64,000 nucleotides of DNA, taken from assembly GCA_024679065.1 (NCBI GenBank), contig JAGIQG010000032.1, forward strand, positions 13,392,001 through 13,456,000. The letters run 5' to 3'. Below are positions 1-12,210 of this stretch, piece by piece. The position numbers and the translations under genes were made by a program. The notes under the pieces are model-generated. The model had not been told where the DNA came from. It saw only the letters and a program-made list of their open reading frames with translations, and did no database searches. The DNA is from Sphyrna mokarran. Lineage: Eukaryota. Position 1 is the first letter of the stretch, and each line of letters opens with the position of its first letter.

Positions 1-1189
1 CTTAATGGAGAGATATCAGGACAACTTATCAAACAACAAAATTTGTATTTAACAGACAAAGACAGTCAGTAAATTAATCTAGATAATTCTTGCTTCTAAC
101 CATACTATGGATGTGGACAGCTTGAGACACCTCTTCAGTTTTATTTCCCTGTGTTTTCTTGTATTCTTGATCCTGTTCAGGTGAATTACTTTATCCTTTG
201 CAGCCAAAGGTCTTGCTGTGTGCTAATGTTGCCATTGTGCTTTGTCCTTATTATTTAGTTAGTCACAGACAAATATCTCAGGGTCATAAACTGAACAGGA
301 TACCTTCAACATCTAAACAGTTCATCATTGACTTTTTCCTGTACAAACATTTACAAACTTAATAACCCTTACACACTCATTTAGTTATATCTCAAAAGTC
401 CATTGGCCAATATATTTCAAAGCATATCCTTGATCACAATTGGTAACTTATTTTTGGATATCTGTCCTACTTTTCTTCCCCTTTCCACATTATGGTGTCC
501 ACTTTTACTTCAGTCTCAGAGATCAAAAGTCCTAAGTGTATATTTAGAATTAACTCTTCATCTACCAGCAGTTTATATGAAATACGCATAAAAAGAATTT
601 ATAGCATAACGTATAGAAAGTACAAAAAAAACCTACAATAACTCACAGTCAATCAGGCTGTCTTGCATACACTTAATGTGGAATGTAGGTTATTTTTCAA
701 GTCAGGGAATATAGTCTTCAAATTCCAATTTCCAAGCTGAAAAATTACCTTTCTTACTGACCCCATCCTACCAAACTCTCATGATTTAGATAATGAATAA
801 ACAACTTATACTTCAGTTTTACTTGTTGTTTGTGATTATTTCTCCAAATAAAATGGAACTGACAATCCAAATAATACAATAAATATAACAAAAGTTATGT
901 GTTTATGTAGATAAAATAAGTTCCAATTGAAGAACTTTTGAATTAAATCATTTTAAGAATAATGCATCAGTTGCTGCAAAAAAAATCAGTGGAGGGAAAA
1001 AAGTCAGCACAAGTCTTCTAATTTGATAAAAGGCTTGTGAACTACAAGTGTCAATAGACCATGATGATCTAAAATATTGACAAGTTAAATTGACTAAGAA
1101 GTTCATTGCAGACCGTGGTGAAAAAACAGACAGTATCAAGTTGGCTGCCTATTCTATGTGGCACCTGATACTTTATTACATAGACAACA

Positions 1190-1530
1190 ATGGTAGTGAG
1201 GTAGTGGTATTGTCAATGCACAAATACTTTTGAGAACCAGGGTAATGCTTTGATAGCTTGGCCATCCCATTATGGCAGATAGTTCCAATCTCACTGCAGC
1301 AAATTCAATAATTCAAGTCAATTGTTGTATAGAACCATCTGATTCATGATTCCCTTCAGGGAAAGAAATCTGCTGCCAGGCCTAGTCTGGCCTATATGTG
1401 ACTCCAGATCCACAGCAATACAGTCTGAAATAACCAAGCAAGCCATGCAGTTGTTTCAAATCACTAAACAGAATGAAACCCAATAGACCACCTGGCATTG
1501 ACCAGAAATGACAATGGCAAACTCAACTGC
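1190..1530 (+). mobile_element. tRNA-head + Meta-domain element continuing into LINE 5' region (degenerate)
   Basis: A-box-like GAGGTAGTGG near 1198; Meta-like core CAGGGAAAGAAATCTGC..GTCTGGCCTATATGTGACTCCAGATCCACAGCAAT; then GACCACCTGGCATTGACC..GGCAAAC, the same linker seen in the 20695 and 31216 copies. Confidence 0.65.
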
Positions 1531-1812
1531 CCCTAAGTTTTGATGCATCCCTCAGCATGTAGTCCTACATCTTGGAAAGTACCAGGCTGAAACTCTTGAT
1601 CATCAGTGGCTCTTTGCACTAGAAGTCCAGTAGGTTTAAAGAGGCTTTCACTGACTTGATCAATTAATACTTATATTGGTGTGAATCCCTGGAAACAGTT
1701 CATTGAGCAGAGTCTGACATTACAGGGATGTTTGGGATGCACCTTAATAAAATCCACTGCATCGCTATCCAGACCTACGTTGCAAACACATGATCCAGAA
1801 GATTGTAACCCA

Positions 1813-2075
1813 TTTTTTTTGCCCAAAATATAAATTTATTCTTTTTTAAAACTGCATTCCATAGTAGTTCAAATTAGGTATTACTCAACGTGCAATAGAG
1901 TTCTTTTCATTCCATATAGCCTATGGCATGTGCCGCAATGCAATTTCACTAAGATGTGATATTTGCAATCTCTATGACATGAGGGATTTTAGACAATTTC
2001 CCTCAGTATATTGTAGCAGGTACCTTAGACAATGTCCTTTTGGTGGTAAACTAAGATTTCAACATATGGCAGCTG
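1813..2075 (-). mobile_element. L1/Tx1-like LINE 3' end fragment
   Basis: On the minus strand it ends GAATAAATTTATATTTTGGGCAAAAAAAA; a related 3' end lies at ~33420-33570. Confidence 0.4.
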
Positions 2076-2084
2076 AATCGGAAT

Positions 2085-2570
2085 ACTGGAATATCCTCCC
2101 TAAACCTCTTCACCTCACTAATTCACTAACTCCCTAAAGGGTAGCACAGTGTTTAGCTGCCTCTCAGCACCAGGGACCTGGGTTCGATTCCTGGCTTGGT
2201 CACTATCTATATGGAGTTTGCATGTTTTTCCTGTATCCACGTGGGTTTCCTCCGGGTGCTCCAGTTTCCTTCCACAGTCGGAAAGACGTGCTGGTTAAGT
2301 GCATTGGCCATGCTAAACTCTCCCTCAGTGTAGGAGAATTTCACAGTAAATTCATTGCAGAGTTAATGTAAGCTTACTTGTTACACTAATAAATTCCTTT
2401 TAAATTTACATTTTTAATTCTTGCACCTCCTTTCAGTTCTTCAATTTTGATCAAGCTTATGAAGTACTATTCTAATATTTTTTAATGTGACTTCATCAAA
2501 TATTGTCTAATAATGCTCCTGTGAGCATTTTTACTGTTTTTAAGTTGTTGCATAATGCAAATTGTTGTTG
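2085..2570 (+). mobile_element. L2 LINE 3' end, interrupted by a V-SINE
   Basis: CTGGAATATCCTCCCTAAACCTCT before the SINE; TGATCAAGCTT..ATAATGCTCCTGTGAGC..AATGCAAATTGTTGTTG L2-type tail after it. Confidence 0.55.
2138..2408 (+). mobile_element. V-SINE (HE1-related), 'Rex-type' tail
   Basis: B-box GGTTCGATTCC; V-domain TGGAGTTTGCATGTT..GTGGGTTTCCTCCGGGTGCTCCAGTTTCC; tail TACTTGTTACACTAATAAA. Confidence 0.85.
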
Positions 2571-2955
2571 AGTGAGTTATTGTGTCGGCTCTCTATTGTA
2601 GTTGTGCATTCACCCTGGTCAAACTGCCTTTAAAAATAATTTAATAACCCCTAACCCAAGTTACTCTTTCACAGATTCCAGGAACTGAGTGGCCTAGTCC
2701 AGTTTCTATACATCTCACCTCCTTTCCCAAATATTGTTCAGCTCCTAAGGAGAATGTGTGATGTGTGGCATCTTTAAAAATCTCCCCCACGAATACCTCT
2801 GTGGTTGCTATTAGCAGTGTTTACCTAAGTCAACACCACACTTGGCATGTTGCAATAATGTGGGATAATCTCCTCTTTAGGCAACTTGGCTAAAGTTAGT
2901 AAATTCACGTCTCAGAGAAATGTGAGTATAAATGATAGATTGGAACTACTCTACC

Positions 2956-3252
2956 GGCACGGTGGCACAACATTCAGCACAGCTGCCTCACACACTAGGG
3001 ACCTGGGTTTGATTCTTGGCTTGAGTCACTGTCTATGTGGAGTTTGCACATTCTCTCTGTGTCTATGTGGGTTTCCTCAGGGTGCTCCAGTTTCCTCCAC
3101 AGTCTAAAGATGTGCAGGTTAGGTTGACTGGCCCTTCACGTCAAGAGATTAATAGGGTTGATAGGTCAGGCTGTGGGGATAGCACCTGGATGGGATTGTG
3201 GTCAGAGCAGAATGGAGGCCAAATGGCCTCCTGCACTGTTGGGATTCTATGA
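2956..3252 (+). mobile_element. V-SINE HE1-like, CR1-type tail
   Basis: GGCACGGTGGCACA head, B-box, V-domain, tail GGCCAAATGGCCTCCTGCACTGTTGGGATTCTATGA. Confidence 0.85.
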
Positions 3253-3829
3253 ATTATATGCTTTAAAACTCATTTAAATAAATGTGATCAAAATAGGAAT
3301 TTAATTAATTCTTGAATTCAACAGATTGAATTATCACTTCAATCTGATTAAGTATTTTTCCAGAAATTAATAAACTTGCTGAGATGACTGACACATGTGG
3401 AAAGGCATCATTTGACATGAAACAAAACAGAAATGGATTCAAAAATTTAGCTTATGTGGCACCATACTGTGAACAAAAGGATTGCAGGGTGCTTCATGAA
3501 ATCTTGTGTGTCAATGTAGAAAACTGCAGAAGCTGGCTAACAGCTTCAAAGGCTTACACAATGCCGAAACTGGCACTTAGACAGTAGCTTCAATTATAAA
3601 CCCATGGCTTATAAAAACCTGTGACAAGATTTTGTGACCCAAGTTGTGGATATGCCACTGATTATTAGTAATATTGAGAAATCGATACTATATATTTTTG
3701 AAATGTAGCCTATATAGATGCTAGACTTGCACTTAAGTTGATGAATTTAGAATATCATTTGACGGTTATGGGACTGCAGATCACCCTAGGATGCATTCTA
3801 ACATGCTCCTGGCCTGACCCTCTAATCTG

Positions 3830-4195
3830 TCCTTAATTTGACTTTCCTCTCTCCAGTAATAATTTCCCATGTCTTCCCTCCACTATTAGTTTTCCAAACT
3901 CTTCTCTTCAGTGCCAATCTTCTTCCTCTTTTCAGAGCTAATCCAGCATTCTCTCTTCCCAGTCCAAGTCTATCAGTTTTCTCCCTCCACTGCTGCCTTG
4001 AACCCTCTGTTTGCAGTGCCTGTCTTCCATTCTCCTCTCTTCAATGCTAATCTTATCTTCCTCCACAGTGCACATCTTGCCTTTTTCCCTCATGGTAGCT
4101 TTTTACACTTCTCCATCCAGTGCAAGTCTTCCACTCTTTCTTTTAAAGACTTCCCTCCAATGCTGGTGTTCCACTCCACAGGTTCCCGTTCTTTG
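3830..4195. repeat. Degenerate pyrimidine-rich minisatellite-like tract
   Basis: Recurring CAGTGC/CAATGC followed by CT-rich spacers roughly every 20-30 bp. Confidence 0.45.
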
Positions 4196-5254
4196 AACAT
4201 ATGAATATTTTTAAAATCAAATGTAGCTTTAAATAACTCTCCTCATTGGCAAGTCATTTTGCTTGAAGTGAAAAGGTTTATTTTATTTCTGGGGATGAAA
4301 TTAAACAATTTAATTTCTGGTTTTCTTGTCCCTGTTTGCATTAGCACATGAAACAACATGCATTAAAATCAAATTTTCTGGTCTCTCAGAAGTGATGTGG
4401 GTCCTTCCAACAGTATCGGAAATTTAATTTTCATCCAGTTTAGTGCTGCTTTGTGTGCTGTGCATGAAACTACTGAAGAGTGAGAGATGAGCTTTTTAAA
4501 TAATTAATCTTTGAACTGGAAATCAGTATGTCCCTCCAGCAAGGCAGCATTTCACAAGGATGGTGATTCAAACTTAGCTGGCATTATAAGTTTATTGGAA
4601 AGAGGTGAGTTTGAGAAAGGTAAATGGGGTCATTATGATCCCCATGGAGACTGATAACTTTTACAAACTGATTTACAGGAACTGCACAAGATTTCAAGTT
4701 TTCAGATTTTTAACAAATAAACTAAAAGCAGCATTGACCAAACATCACTTAATAGGCAACTAATACTTGAAACTTTAGAAATGATGATCTTTATTAATAT
4801 TTTAACTCAACCAATGACTTCATGCCACATTTTTGGCAAATTTTCAAACCAATTACCAACAGTAAAGCCCATTCTGGCAATTTCTCCTTAACTTCAGTAG
4901 AGCATATTTTCAGATTCTTTAATAGCCATGAGATGCATCTCTTTGGCCAGCGCCTATCCTCCCTCAATTCTGCCTGATAGCTTGCTGAAAACTTTCAGCT
5001 TTCTCCATTCTGCTGGCCACACCAGCTGTAGACCTTGAAACTTGCACTATTTCTCTCTCTTTCTCTTCCTGCCCAAAAACTCAGAGATCAAGGGCAGAAT
5101 TCTCAGGCTGCACTCGCCTCAAAATCAGAGAATCTGGCCTGAGATCAAAAGACCTTTGCATGGCCCACCTCTGCCCACTACAATTCCCGTGCCCGAATGT
5201 AAACCCAGCTGCATTTGCCTTTATTTTCCGTGTGAAATACACCAAGTACATTTT

Positions 5255-5600
5255 AATAAAAGTCTATTCATTTGTGGAATGTGGGCATCAGTGACTGGGC
5301 TAGCATCTATTGCTCATCCCTAATTGCATGAACTGAGTGGCTTGCCAGGGCATTTAAGTGTCAACCACACAACTATGGTCTGGAGTTACATGTAGGTCAG
5401 ACCAGGTAAGGGTGGCAGATTTGTATCCTTAAAGGACACTAATGAACCAGAAGGCTTTTGTTTATGACAATTGACAATGGTTTTACAGTCATCATTCAAT
5501 TTTTAATTCCAAATTTTATTAAATTGAATTTAAATTTCAGCATTAATCATGGTGGGGTTCAAACCTGAGTTACCCTGGGTCTCTGGATGACTGGTCTAGT
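5255..5600 (-). mobile_element. Meta-domain SINE (head + Meta core + LINE-derived tail)
   Basis: Minus strand reads ..CTGCCACCCTTACCTGGTCTGACCTACATGTAACTCCAGACC..GCAAGCCACTCAGTTC..GCAATTAGGGATGAGCAATAGATGCTAGCC..GAAT. Confidence 0.75.
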
Positions 5601-7050
5601 TATAAATAGCCTCTGATCTGAGCCTCCCTGTCATGAAGCCACATTGTTGTGAGGCAGAACTCAGCAAATTACATAACAGTCTTCATTCCTCCATTTTATC
5701 TTGAAGTAAAGAGACAGCCCAAAATAATTATATAAAACTTTTTTATTCATAGAAGACATCAAAAGATAGAACAACAATTATATTGTAACTTAAGCTACAG
5801 TTAAAATATAATGGGATCTAGATCAAGAGGAGCTGATCTAACCCATATAGTACTAATTTTTGGGTGGCTTCCTAAAATCTTGCAAAGTTGGTCAACTATT
5901 TCAAGATCTTTCACCTGCCTTTGTTTGAATCTGCAATCTATGTTACTGTTTAGTCTTATTACCTTCTCCACCTTCAGCCTTTATATTGGTTCCAATATGC
6001 TTTTTCCAAGCAGGCCTCCTGTGACTTTGGCTCCAATTCATCAGGCTTTCAGCAATATACCCCATTACCTCAAGGAAGCCGGGATGGCACTAATCACAAA
6101 GGTAAGAACAGATATGGCAACAACTAGTTCCTTTCAAAGATGAAATCTAAACAAGAACAGTTAACTTGATATAAGAGAATGACATAGTTAAAATAAAGAC
6201 AAAATAGTTTTCTTTGCTACAAAATTATCTGTAATTTTTTCCATCGCTAATGTTTTCACTCTCTTTTTAGCTCTGTATTTCTGGAGCTGTTGCATTTGTA
6301 GATATATTGCAATGACTGACTTGGAGTAATCTATACGTCAATTCTCTTATTAGTTTTAATTGGCAATGACCTTCTATTGTCTATAGCTAGTTTGTCATGA
6401 TTAATTTTGATGCATACAGTCTCACTGAGAAGAATATAATATAGTCATTAACACTGAAATACTTGACTAATAGCAATATTTTCTGTGCCATAAAGGTGTG
6501 TGACGTTTTTTAAATTGAAATTATTTATCAATTGTAATTGAGATTTTGTAGAATGCTTTTCTCTGCAGTAGTTATTGTGAATAATGGATGTTCTGAAGAT
6601 TTATATAACTCTGTGTTCAAACACATTACCTAGGCTGTTCTGGATTTTTTTACCATTGCCCCATCTCAAACATGTCGATGGCGTTAAAACGTAAGCGTAT
6701 ATGCTTCGTATATGGAGTTGTGGAGCTGAAACTGTTAGATTATGCAGTGTTGACTCACTAATCAATAATATAGAATGCTATGTCCCCTCTAGGGTAGGGG
6801 CAAAAAAAATTGCGTGGCCTGTTCCAAATGCAATTTCACGGTGGGACACGCATGCATACAATTAAATTCTGTCCATAAAGTCACAAAGAAGACAATAAAG
6901 GAGGCAAGGGCCAACAAGCAGTCTTCTAAAACTGCACATCTTAACTCAACATAACAGTGGAACGGTGTATTGGGAGGTTAGCTTCTATCATCTGGTGCAG
7001 TAGGAATTGGAACCAACACCAGGACAAACACAGCTGTTCCTGCAGCTGTG

Positions 7051-7280
7051 AAAGTTCACTCCTTCAATGTTCAGCTCATCTATGTCTTCACACATCTCCC
7101 CATATCACCCTCCTCCCAGCCCCATCTTTAATCCAAATTAGAGGGGTAAGGCTGAATCCTTGGCTATAGTAGTATCTTCGTAATAACTGCTGTCAGGGCA
7201 CCAGGTTCTGCTGGTTGGTGCCAATATGAGAGCCACATTCAAATCTGAGCAGTCATTCAGCAAACTATAGGCATCTGAGA
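7051..7280 (+). pseudogene. PIF/Harbinger DDE transposase relic
   Basis: 7051-7080 translates KVHSFNVQLI (cf. the Harbinger motif KGFHSLNVQLVCD); 7222-7275 translates QYESHIQI*AVIQQTIGI (cf. YNxSHxxTRAVIEQTIGLLK), with the stop consistent with CGA>TGA decay. Confidence 0.65.
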
Positions 7281-7327
7281 TTGATCCAGTCAATTGGTAC
7301 ATTTAGTATTGAATTAATCTTATTGGT

Positions 7328-7640
7328 CATAGAATCATAGCTGTTTACATCATGGAAACAGGCCCTTCGGCCCAACTTATCCAAGCCGCCCTTTTTTTTG
7401 AATCCCTAAGCTAGTCCCAATTGCCTGCATTTAGCCCATATCCCTCTAAATCCATCTTACTCATGTAACTGTCTAAACACTTTTTAAAAGACAAAATTGT
7501 ACCCGCCTCTACTACTACCTCTGGCAGCTTGTTCCAGACACTCACCGCCCTCTGTGTGAAAAAATTGCCCTCTGGATCCTTTTGTATCTCCCCTCTCACC
7601 TTAAACCTATGCCATTTGTTTTAGACTCCCCTACCTTTGG
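7328..7640 (-). mobile_element. CR1 (HER1-like) LINE 3' fragment
   Basis: ORF 7411-7599 contains FFTQRAVSVWNKLPEVVVEAGTILSFKK; GGCCGAAGGGCC stem-loop and GATTCTATGA tail. Confidence 0.9.
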
Positions 7641-7774
7641 TTTGCTACATAGTAGATAACAATACCATTTAGAAGCCTTGCAGTGGCCACACAAGTAAGA
7701 AACCTAAGAAGAATGGGATGGGATGACTGGAAAGACCAGGCCAAACTATATGTGTGTGAGAGTTGCCCTTTCAT

Positions 7775-7845
7775 CAGGGAAGTGATGAAGGGACAACATT
7801 TCAAAAGCTCATGCTATCAAATAAACCTGTTGGACTTTAACCTTT
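7775..7845 (+). mobile_element. Penelope-like pLTR fragment with decayed hammerhead-like motif
   Basis: TGATGAAGG..CAAAAGCTC..AAATAAACCTGTTGGACTTTAACCT; shares sequence with the arms of the 10072 and 24028 hairpin elements. Confidence 0.5.
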
Positions 7846-7942
7846 AACATATTAATGTCTGTAATATCTGACTCTCAACTATTTTTTTCAGTTAATTCAG
7901 ACAGAGTTTGTTTATAATTATTTGATTATTTTTAAACAAAGT

Positions 7943-8562
7943 TTTTTTAATTCATTCCTGGGACATGGGTATCATTGGCTGGCCAGCATTTATTGTCCAT
8001 CCATAGTTGCCCTTGAGAAGTTGGTGTTGAGCTGCCTTCTTGAATCGCTGTGGTCAATGTTCTGTGGGTTTACTTACAAAGCCATTAGGAAGGGAATTCT
8101 AAGATTTTGACCCAGCGACTGCGAAGGAACGGTAATATATTTCCAAGTCAGGATGATAAGTGGCTTGGAGAGAAATTTGCAGTGGTGTTCTCATGTATTT
8201 GCTGCCCTTGTCCTTCTAGGTGGAAGTGGTCATGGATTTGCAAGATACTGTCTAATGATCTGTGGTGAATTACTTGTAGGTAGTACACACTGCTGCTACT
8301 GAGTGTCAGGGTGGAAGGAGTGGATGTTTGTAGAAGTGGTGCCAGTCAAGTGGGCTGCTTTGTCCTGGATGGTGTCAAGCTTCTTGAGTCTTGTTGGAGC
8401 TGCACCCATGCAGGCAAGTTGGGAGTACTCCATCACACTCTTGACTTGTGCCTTGTAGATGGTGGATAGGCTTTGGGGAGTCAGGAGGTGAGTTACTTGC
8501 TGCGGTATTCCTTGTCTCTGACCTTTGTTCTTGTAGTCACTGTTTTTATATGGTGAATCCAG
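7943..8562 (-). mobile_element. Old CR1-group LINE 3' portion (family whose tail matches the Meta-SINE)
   Basis: Minus strand encodes IYKAQVKSVMEYSQLACMGAAPTRLKKLDTIQDKAA; ends AAGGGCAACTATGGATGGACAATAAATGCTGGCC..GAATTAAAAAAA. Confidence 0.85.
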
Positions 8563-8964
8563 TGCATGTCATATCCTTTTTTCATCTGAATGTTTTCCAC
8601 TAATCTGTGTTCTTGGGACTGCAAATGTAGTTTGCTACAATCTTTTAGCATCAGTCATAACGTAAAGCCATTTGCTGTTCAGGTCACCTGAATGTTTTTC
8701 GAAATACTAGACTCCTTTGTTTACGATAAAATTGAATGACAGCATTTAGCAAGCATCAATTGCAAATATAAAACTAAAGAAGGAGATTTAGTAACATTCG
8801 CACTGTCAAAGATATTTGATGTCTTCTAATACAAGTATATTAAAGTCTCTAAAGGTTGTTTCTCTTAAATATTTGTGATGCTGGTTAGAGGAGAATATTG
8901 TGAGGACCTCAGTTTTGGGAAAAACAAACTGGTGCATTAGTTGAAGCTTGATGAAGCCAGCTAT

Positions 8965-9066
8965 AAACTCTGATGAAGACTCATCCAGACTCAAAACATT
9001 AGCTCTCTTCTCTCTCCACAGATACTGTCAGACCTACTGAGATTTTCCAGCATTTTCTGGTTTTGT
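8965..9066 (+). mobile_element. Penelope-like pLTR fragment with decayed minimal hammerhead ribozyme
   Basis: CTGATGA (8970-8976)..GACTC-AAAAC-ATT-AGCTC, followed by CTCTCCACAGATACTGTCAGACCTACTGAGATTTTCCAGCATTTTCTG. Confidence 0.6.
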
Positions 9067-10071
9067 GACTTACTTTAATCAAATTTATTGGACATTGTCC
9101 ATAAAGCTTTTGGAGGCTCAAAATGTTGTTTTATATAGCCAGGAATCCTGGAAGATGCCTTTGTGCGTCACTGACCTTTCTATTACAACATGTACTTAGT
9201 CTTTTGTTGTACTCAGTTGTCATGCCACATGACAAAAACAACCACTGTTGTCTTTAGAACACTGTTATGGTGGACGTTGACAGACTGCAGAGAGCTATAA
9301 CCAATATATAAAACAAGAATTTTGCTGGAGCATATTACGATACTGTAGTAGATTTTCGGGATTCTTATCAGTTCATAAATGGTTTGAAGAATGCTTTTAC
9401 AATTTATGCCACCAAGCTCCTGAGATTAAATTAGAGGATTTTTAAAACACTCCAATATTGGCGTTAGTTTATCCGTAGTGATCTAATAAAGCTCATGAAT
9501 AGATGTATTCAAAAACGTATTGAATCAATTCCTGATTCAATCGATAGATAGGGGTTTGAGGTAGCAAAAAGCTGCAAAATTGTAAAATACTGCTCCTAAG
9601 TTCAGACCCTGGATAATAGAACAAGCTGGATCAACTGTGAATATTTTTCATTAAAATGTCTCAGTTGATTAATTACTGTTGTTTAAAATTTTCTGTTGTT
9701 AAAGCTTTCTGTTTTAACATAATTTTTAATCGGACTAATTAACTTAAAATAATTAATGCTTATTTTTGTTTATCGGAAAATAGTCTAAATGCAAATTGTA
9801 TAGTGTAAACAAATTTGACATTTTTTTTACACTTTCCTACTGGCCCCCACAAGAAAACGTAGTCTTTTGTTGTACTCAGTTGAGACAACTTCTTTTTTGT
9901 CTCTATGTTGTAAGCCCTGCTTTTAAAAATTTGTAAATCAGCCATTGCAACCTGAGAAGTTAAATGATTTTATTTATCTTATAGGCTTATCATCCCATAA
10001 TGAAAAAATGTCCCAGATTTTTCAAGGACCACGCCAAGTGAATCTCAAAGCACTGACTTCCCTGGGAATTG

Positions 10072-10213
10072 GTGTAGAGATGCCGGTGCTGGACTGGGAT
10101 AAACACAGTAAGAAGTCTCACAATACCAGGCTTAAGTCCAACTAGTAATAGTAATTACTATTAAATAAACTGGTTGGACTTAAACCTGGTGTCATGAGAC
10201 TTCTTACTGTGTT
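10072..10213. mobile_element. Foldback mini-element from Penelope pLTR end
   Basis: Inverted arms 10102-10145 / 10170-10213; imperfect flanking duplication CTTCCCTGGGAATTG / CTTCATTGGAATTG. Confidence 0.7.
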
Positions 10214-10264
10214 CTTCATTGGAATTGCCAAGGAAGTCTCAGTTTCCAATGGGCCAATTCCCCT

Positions 10265-10860
10265 GCTCCTCAGGAATGTACACGATCAGCCAAGGCAAGG
10301 GTTTTTAGAGTGTGTTCAAGAAATTTTTCTATAGCTGTATGTTTCCAGTCAAGTGAGAAAGGAGACAGTGCTAGACCGGGTGTTTGGGAATGAAGTGGGC
10401 CAAGTGTATCAAGTATCACTAAGACAATATTTAGGATAATTGTATCATAACATTTAGGATGGCTATGGAGAAGGACAAGGAACAAGTAAGAATAAAGAAC
10501 TCGGAGAAAACCAACTTCAGTAGAGTAAGAATGGATCTAGAATGATGAATTATAATCAAGGTTGGCAGGCAAAATAGTAACTGAATAATGGCAGCCTTTA
10601 AAGAATAGATAGTTTGGGCCTAGTCATGTATATTCCCTCAAAGGGAAAAGATACAAAAAATAAATCCAGAACTCCCTGGATCTCAAAAAAGAAAACAATT
10701 AAGATGAAGAAGAAAAGTACACTTATGATAGATGTTATACTGGATTATAAATCAAGGCTGAACTTAGAAGATTCAATGGGGAAACAAAGAAATAGTATGG
10801 AAAAAAAAACTGGTAGTTAACATCAAAGGGAATAGCAAAGTCTTCTATAGGGGAAAGAGT
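10265..10860 (+). mobile_element. Degenerate CR1 ORF2 fragment (endonuclease C-terminus to linker)
   Basis: Translates GQGFLECVQEIFL*LYVSSQVRKETVLDRVFGNEVGQV; later TPWISK and NIKGNSKVFY motifs. Confidence 0.75.
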
Positions 10861-10862
10861 AT

Positions 10863-12210
10863 TGTTAAGGCGCAATGCTTCAGAACAAAATGAATGGCTG
10901 CTTGGGCAAATGAGGGTTAATTAAGGGAATTGTTGGGATCCACTCCAGGTGAGTTTCTCCAAGTTGTTGATCCGGGTGTGATGTCTCAATTTGTCACTGT
11001 CTAGATGGAATACCCCCAAACTATTACAGCCCGGGTGAGGAGGGACACACTGGCACAATGTCTTTATTTGGCCCCCACTATTGGTTGCAACAAGGTTGAA
11101 TATAAAAAGAATCCCTTTTCGCAGAGAGCCTTTAGTTCTGTTTTAAAATAAGCCAATTTATCCAGGTTTTCTTGAGTTAGAAGTAGTGAGTTTATTAATT
11201 GCTAGATGCAAGAAAAGTTTTTTTAAAGTTTAAAGTCGAAGTTTGAAGTTTATTTATTAGCGCCACAAGTAGATTTACATTAACACTGTAATGAAGTTAC
11301 TGTGAAAATCCTTTAATCACCATACTCCAGTGCCTATTCGGGTATGCTGAAGGAGAATTTAGCATGACCAGTGCACCAAACCAGCACACCTTTCAGACTG
11401 TGGGAGGAAACCAGAGTTCCCAAGCCAGGAGTTGAACCCAGGTTGCTGAATAAGAAGATCCAAACATTTTTAAAGATGCACATGTTTCTTTTGTTTTTTG
11501 GTGAATTTGTCTCTTGTTGATTGAGATGGCATATTCAGATTTCTAAAAGTCAAAGGCAAATTGCAAAGCTTTGTGTTTGCAGTGATATCTGGGTGTATGT
11601 AACTTTTATTTCTTGCGACCTGCTTTGAAGCTTGCTCATGAAACCTTTCCTGTTATTTTCAATGGACTCCTAAGCAGCAGTGTTCATCTTTTAATTGCAC
11701 CTTTTCTCAGAAAGGAAAATGGTCCTTTTTTCCTGAGATCACAAATAATTCTTTAGTCCTCTTTTTTGCGTATCTTTTATTAGCTGACCTCACATCTGAA
11801 AATTAATACTTATCCACAAAACAAAAAGTGGAAGAAACTCAGAGGCACTGATACCTGCTGCTTTATTGATTCTAGATTCATGTTATTTGAGCTTGTGAAA
11901 TTGAGCCTATGTTAGTTTGTAGGTTAATGGATTTTTCTAGTTGTTCATCTCTCACGTGTCAGGTCCATTCACACCTGGTTCGCAGTGGCCAGCCTGTACT
12001 TTAATAGCATTAGTTCTCAAGATCTCACTTACTTGATTGTGGTGGTTTATTTATGCTGTACATCCAGTTGTGATAACAATTTCAGTTGCAATTTGTTAAG
12101 GTGATAACTAAAATTTGTATTTTTTATTCCCTCTGACATTGCTCACTTGATCGTACCCTGTACAGTCACTTGTAAAAAGGAATATTGTGTGTCTGTTAAC
12201 ACATTCCCCC
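10863..12210 (-). mobile_element. Candidate LTR with adjacent polypurine tract (contains a V-SINE)
   Basis: Termini TGTTAA (10863) and TTAACA (12196-12201); the minus strand has PPT-like GGGGGAATG directly before TG; minus-strand AATAAA near 11065 and 11192. Confidence 0.45.
11224..11450 (-). mobile_element. V-SINE, 'Rex-type' tail, internally deleted
   Basis: Minus strand: CCTGGGTTCAACTCCTGGCTTGGG..GGTTTCCTCCCACAGTCTGAAAGG..TACTTGTGGCGCTAATAAATAAACTT. Confidence 0.8.

Noticed and set aside
2886-3252. Short ORFs such as LCGVCTFSLCLCGFP recurring at 19234, 21608, 28929 and 43745
   Set aside because: Translations of the V-SINE domain, not a gene family.
3838-4204. Three overlapping Leu/Ser/Phe-rich ORFs
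   Set aside because: Caused by stop-poor CT-rich low-complexity sequence.
10100-10215. Hairpins as CRISPR repeats or bona fide miRNA genes
   Set aside because: No repeat-spacer array; TSDs and shared pLTR sequence indicate transposon origin, and there is no expression evidence.
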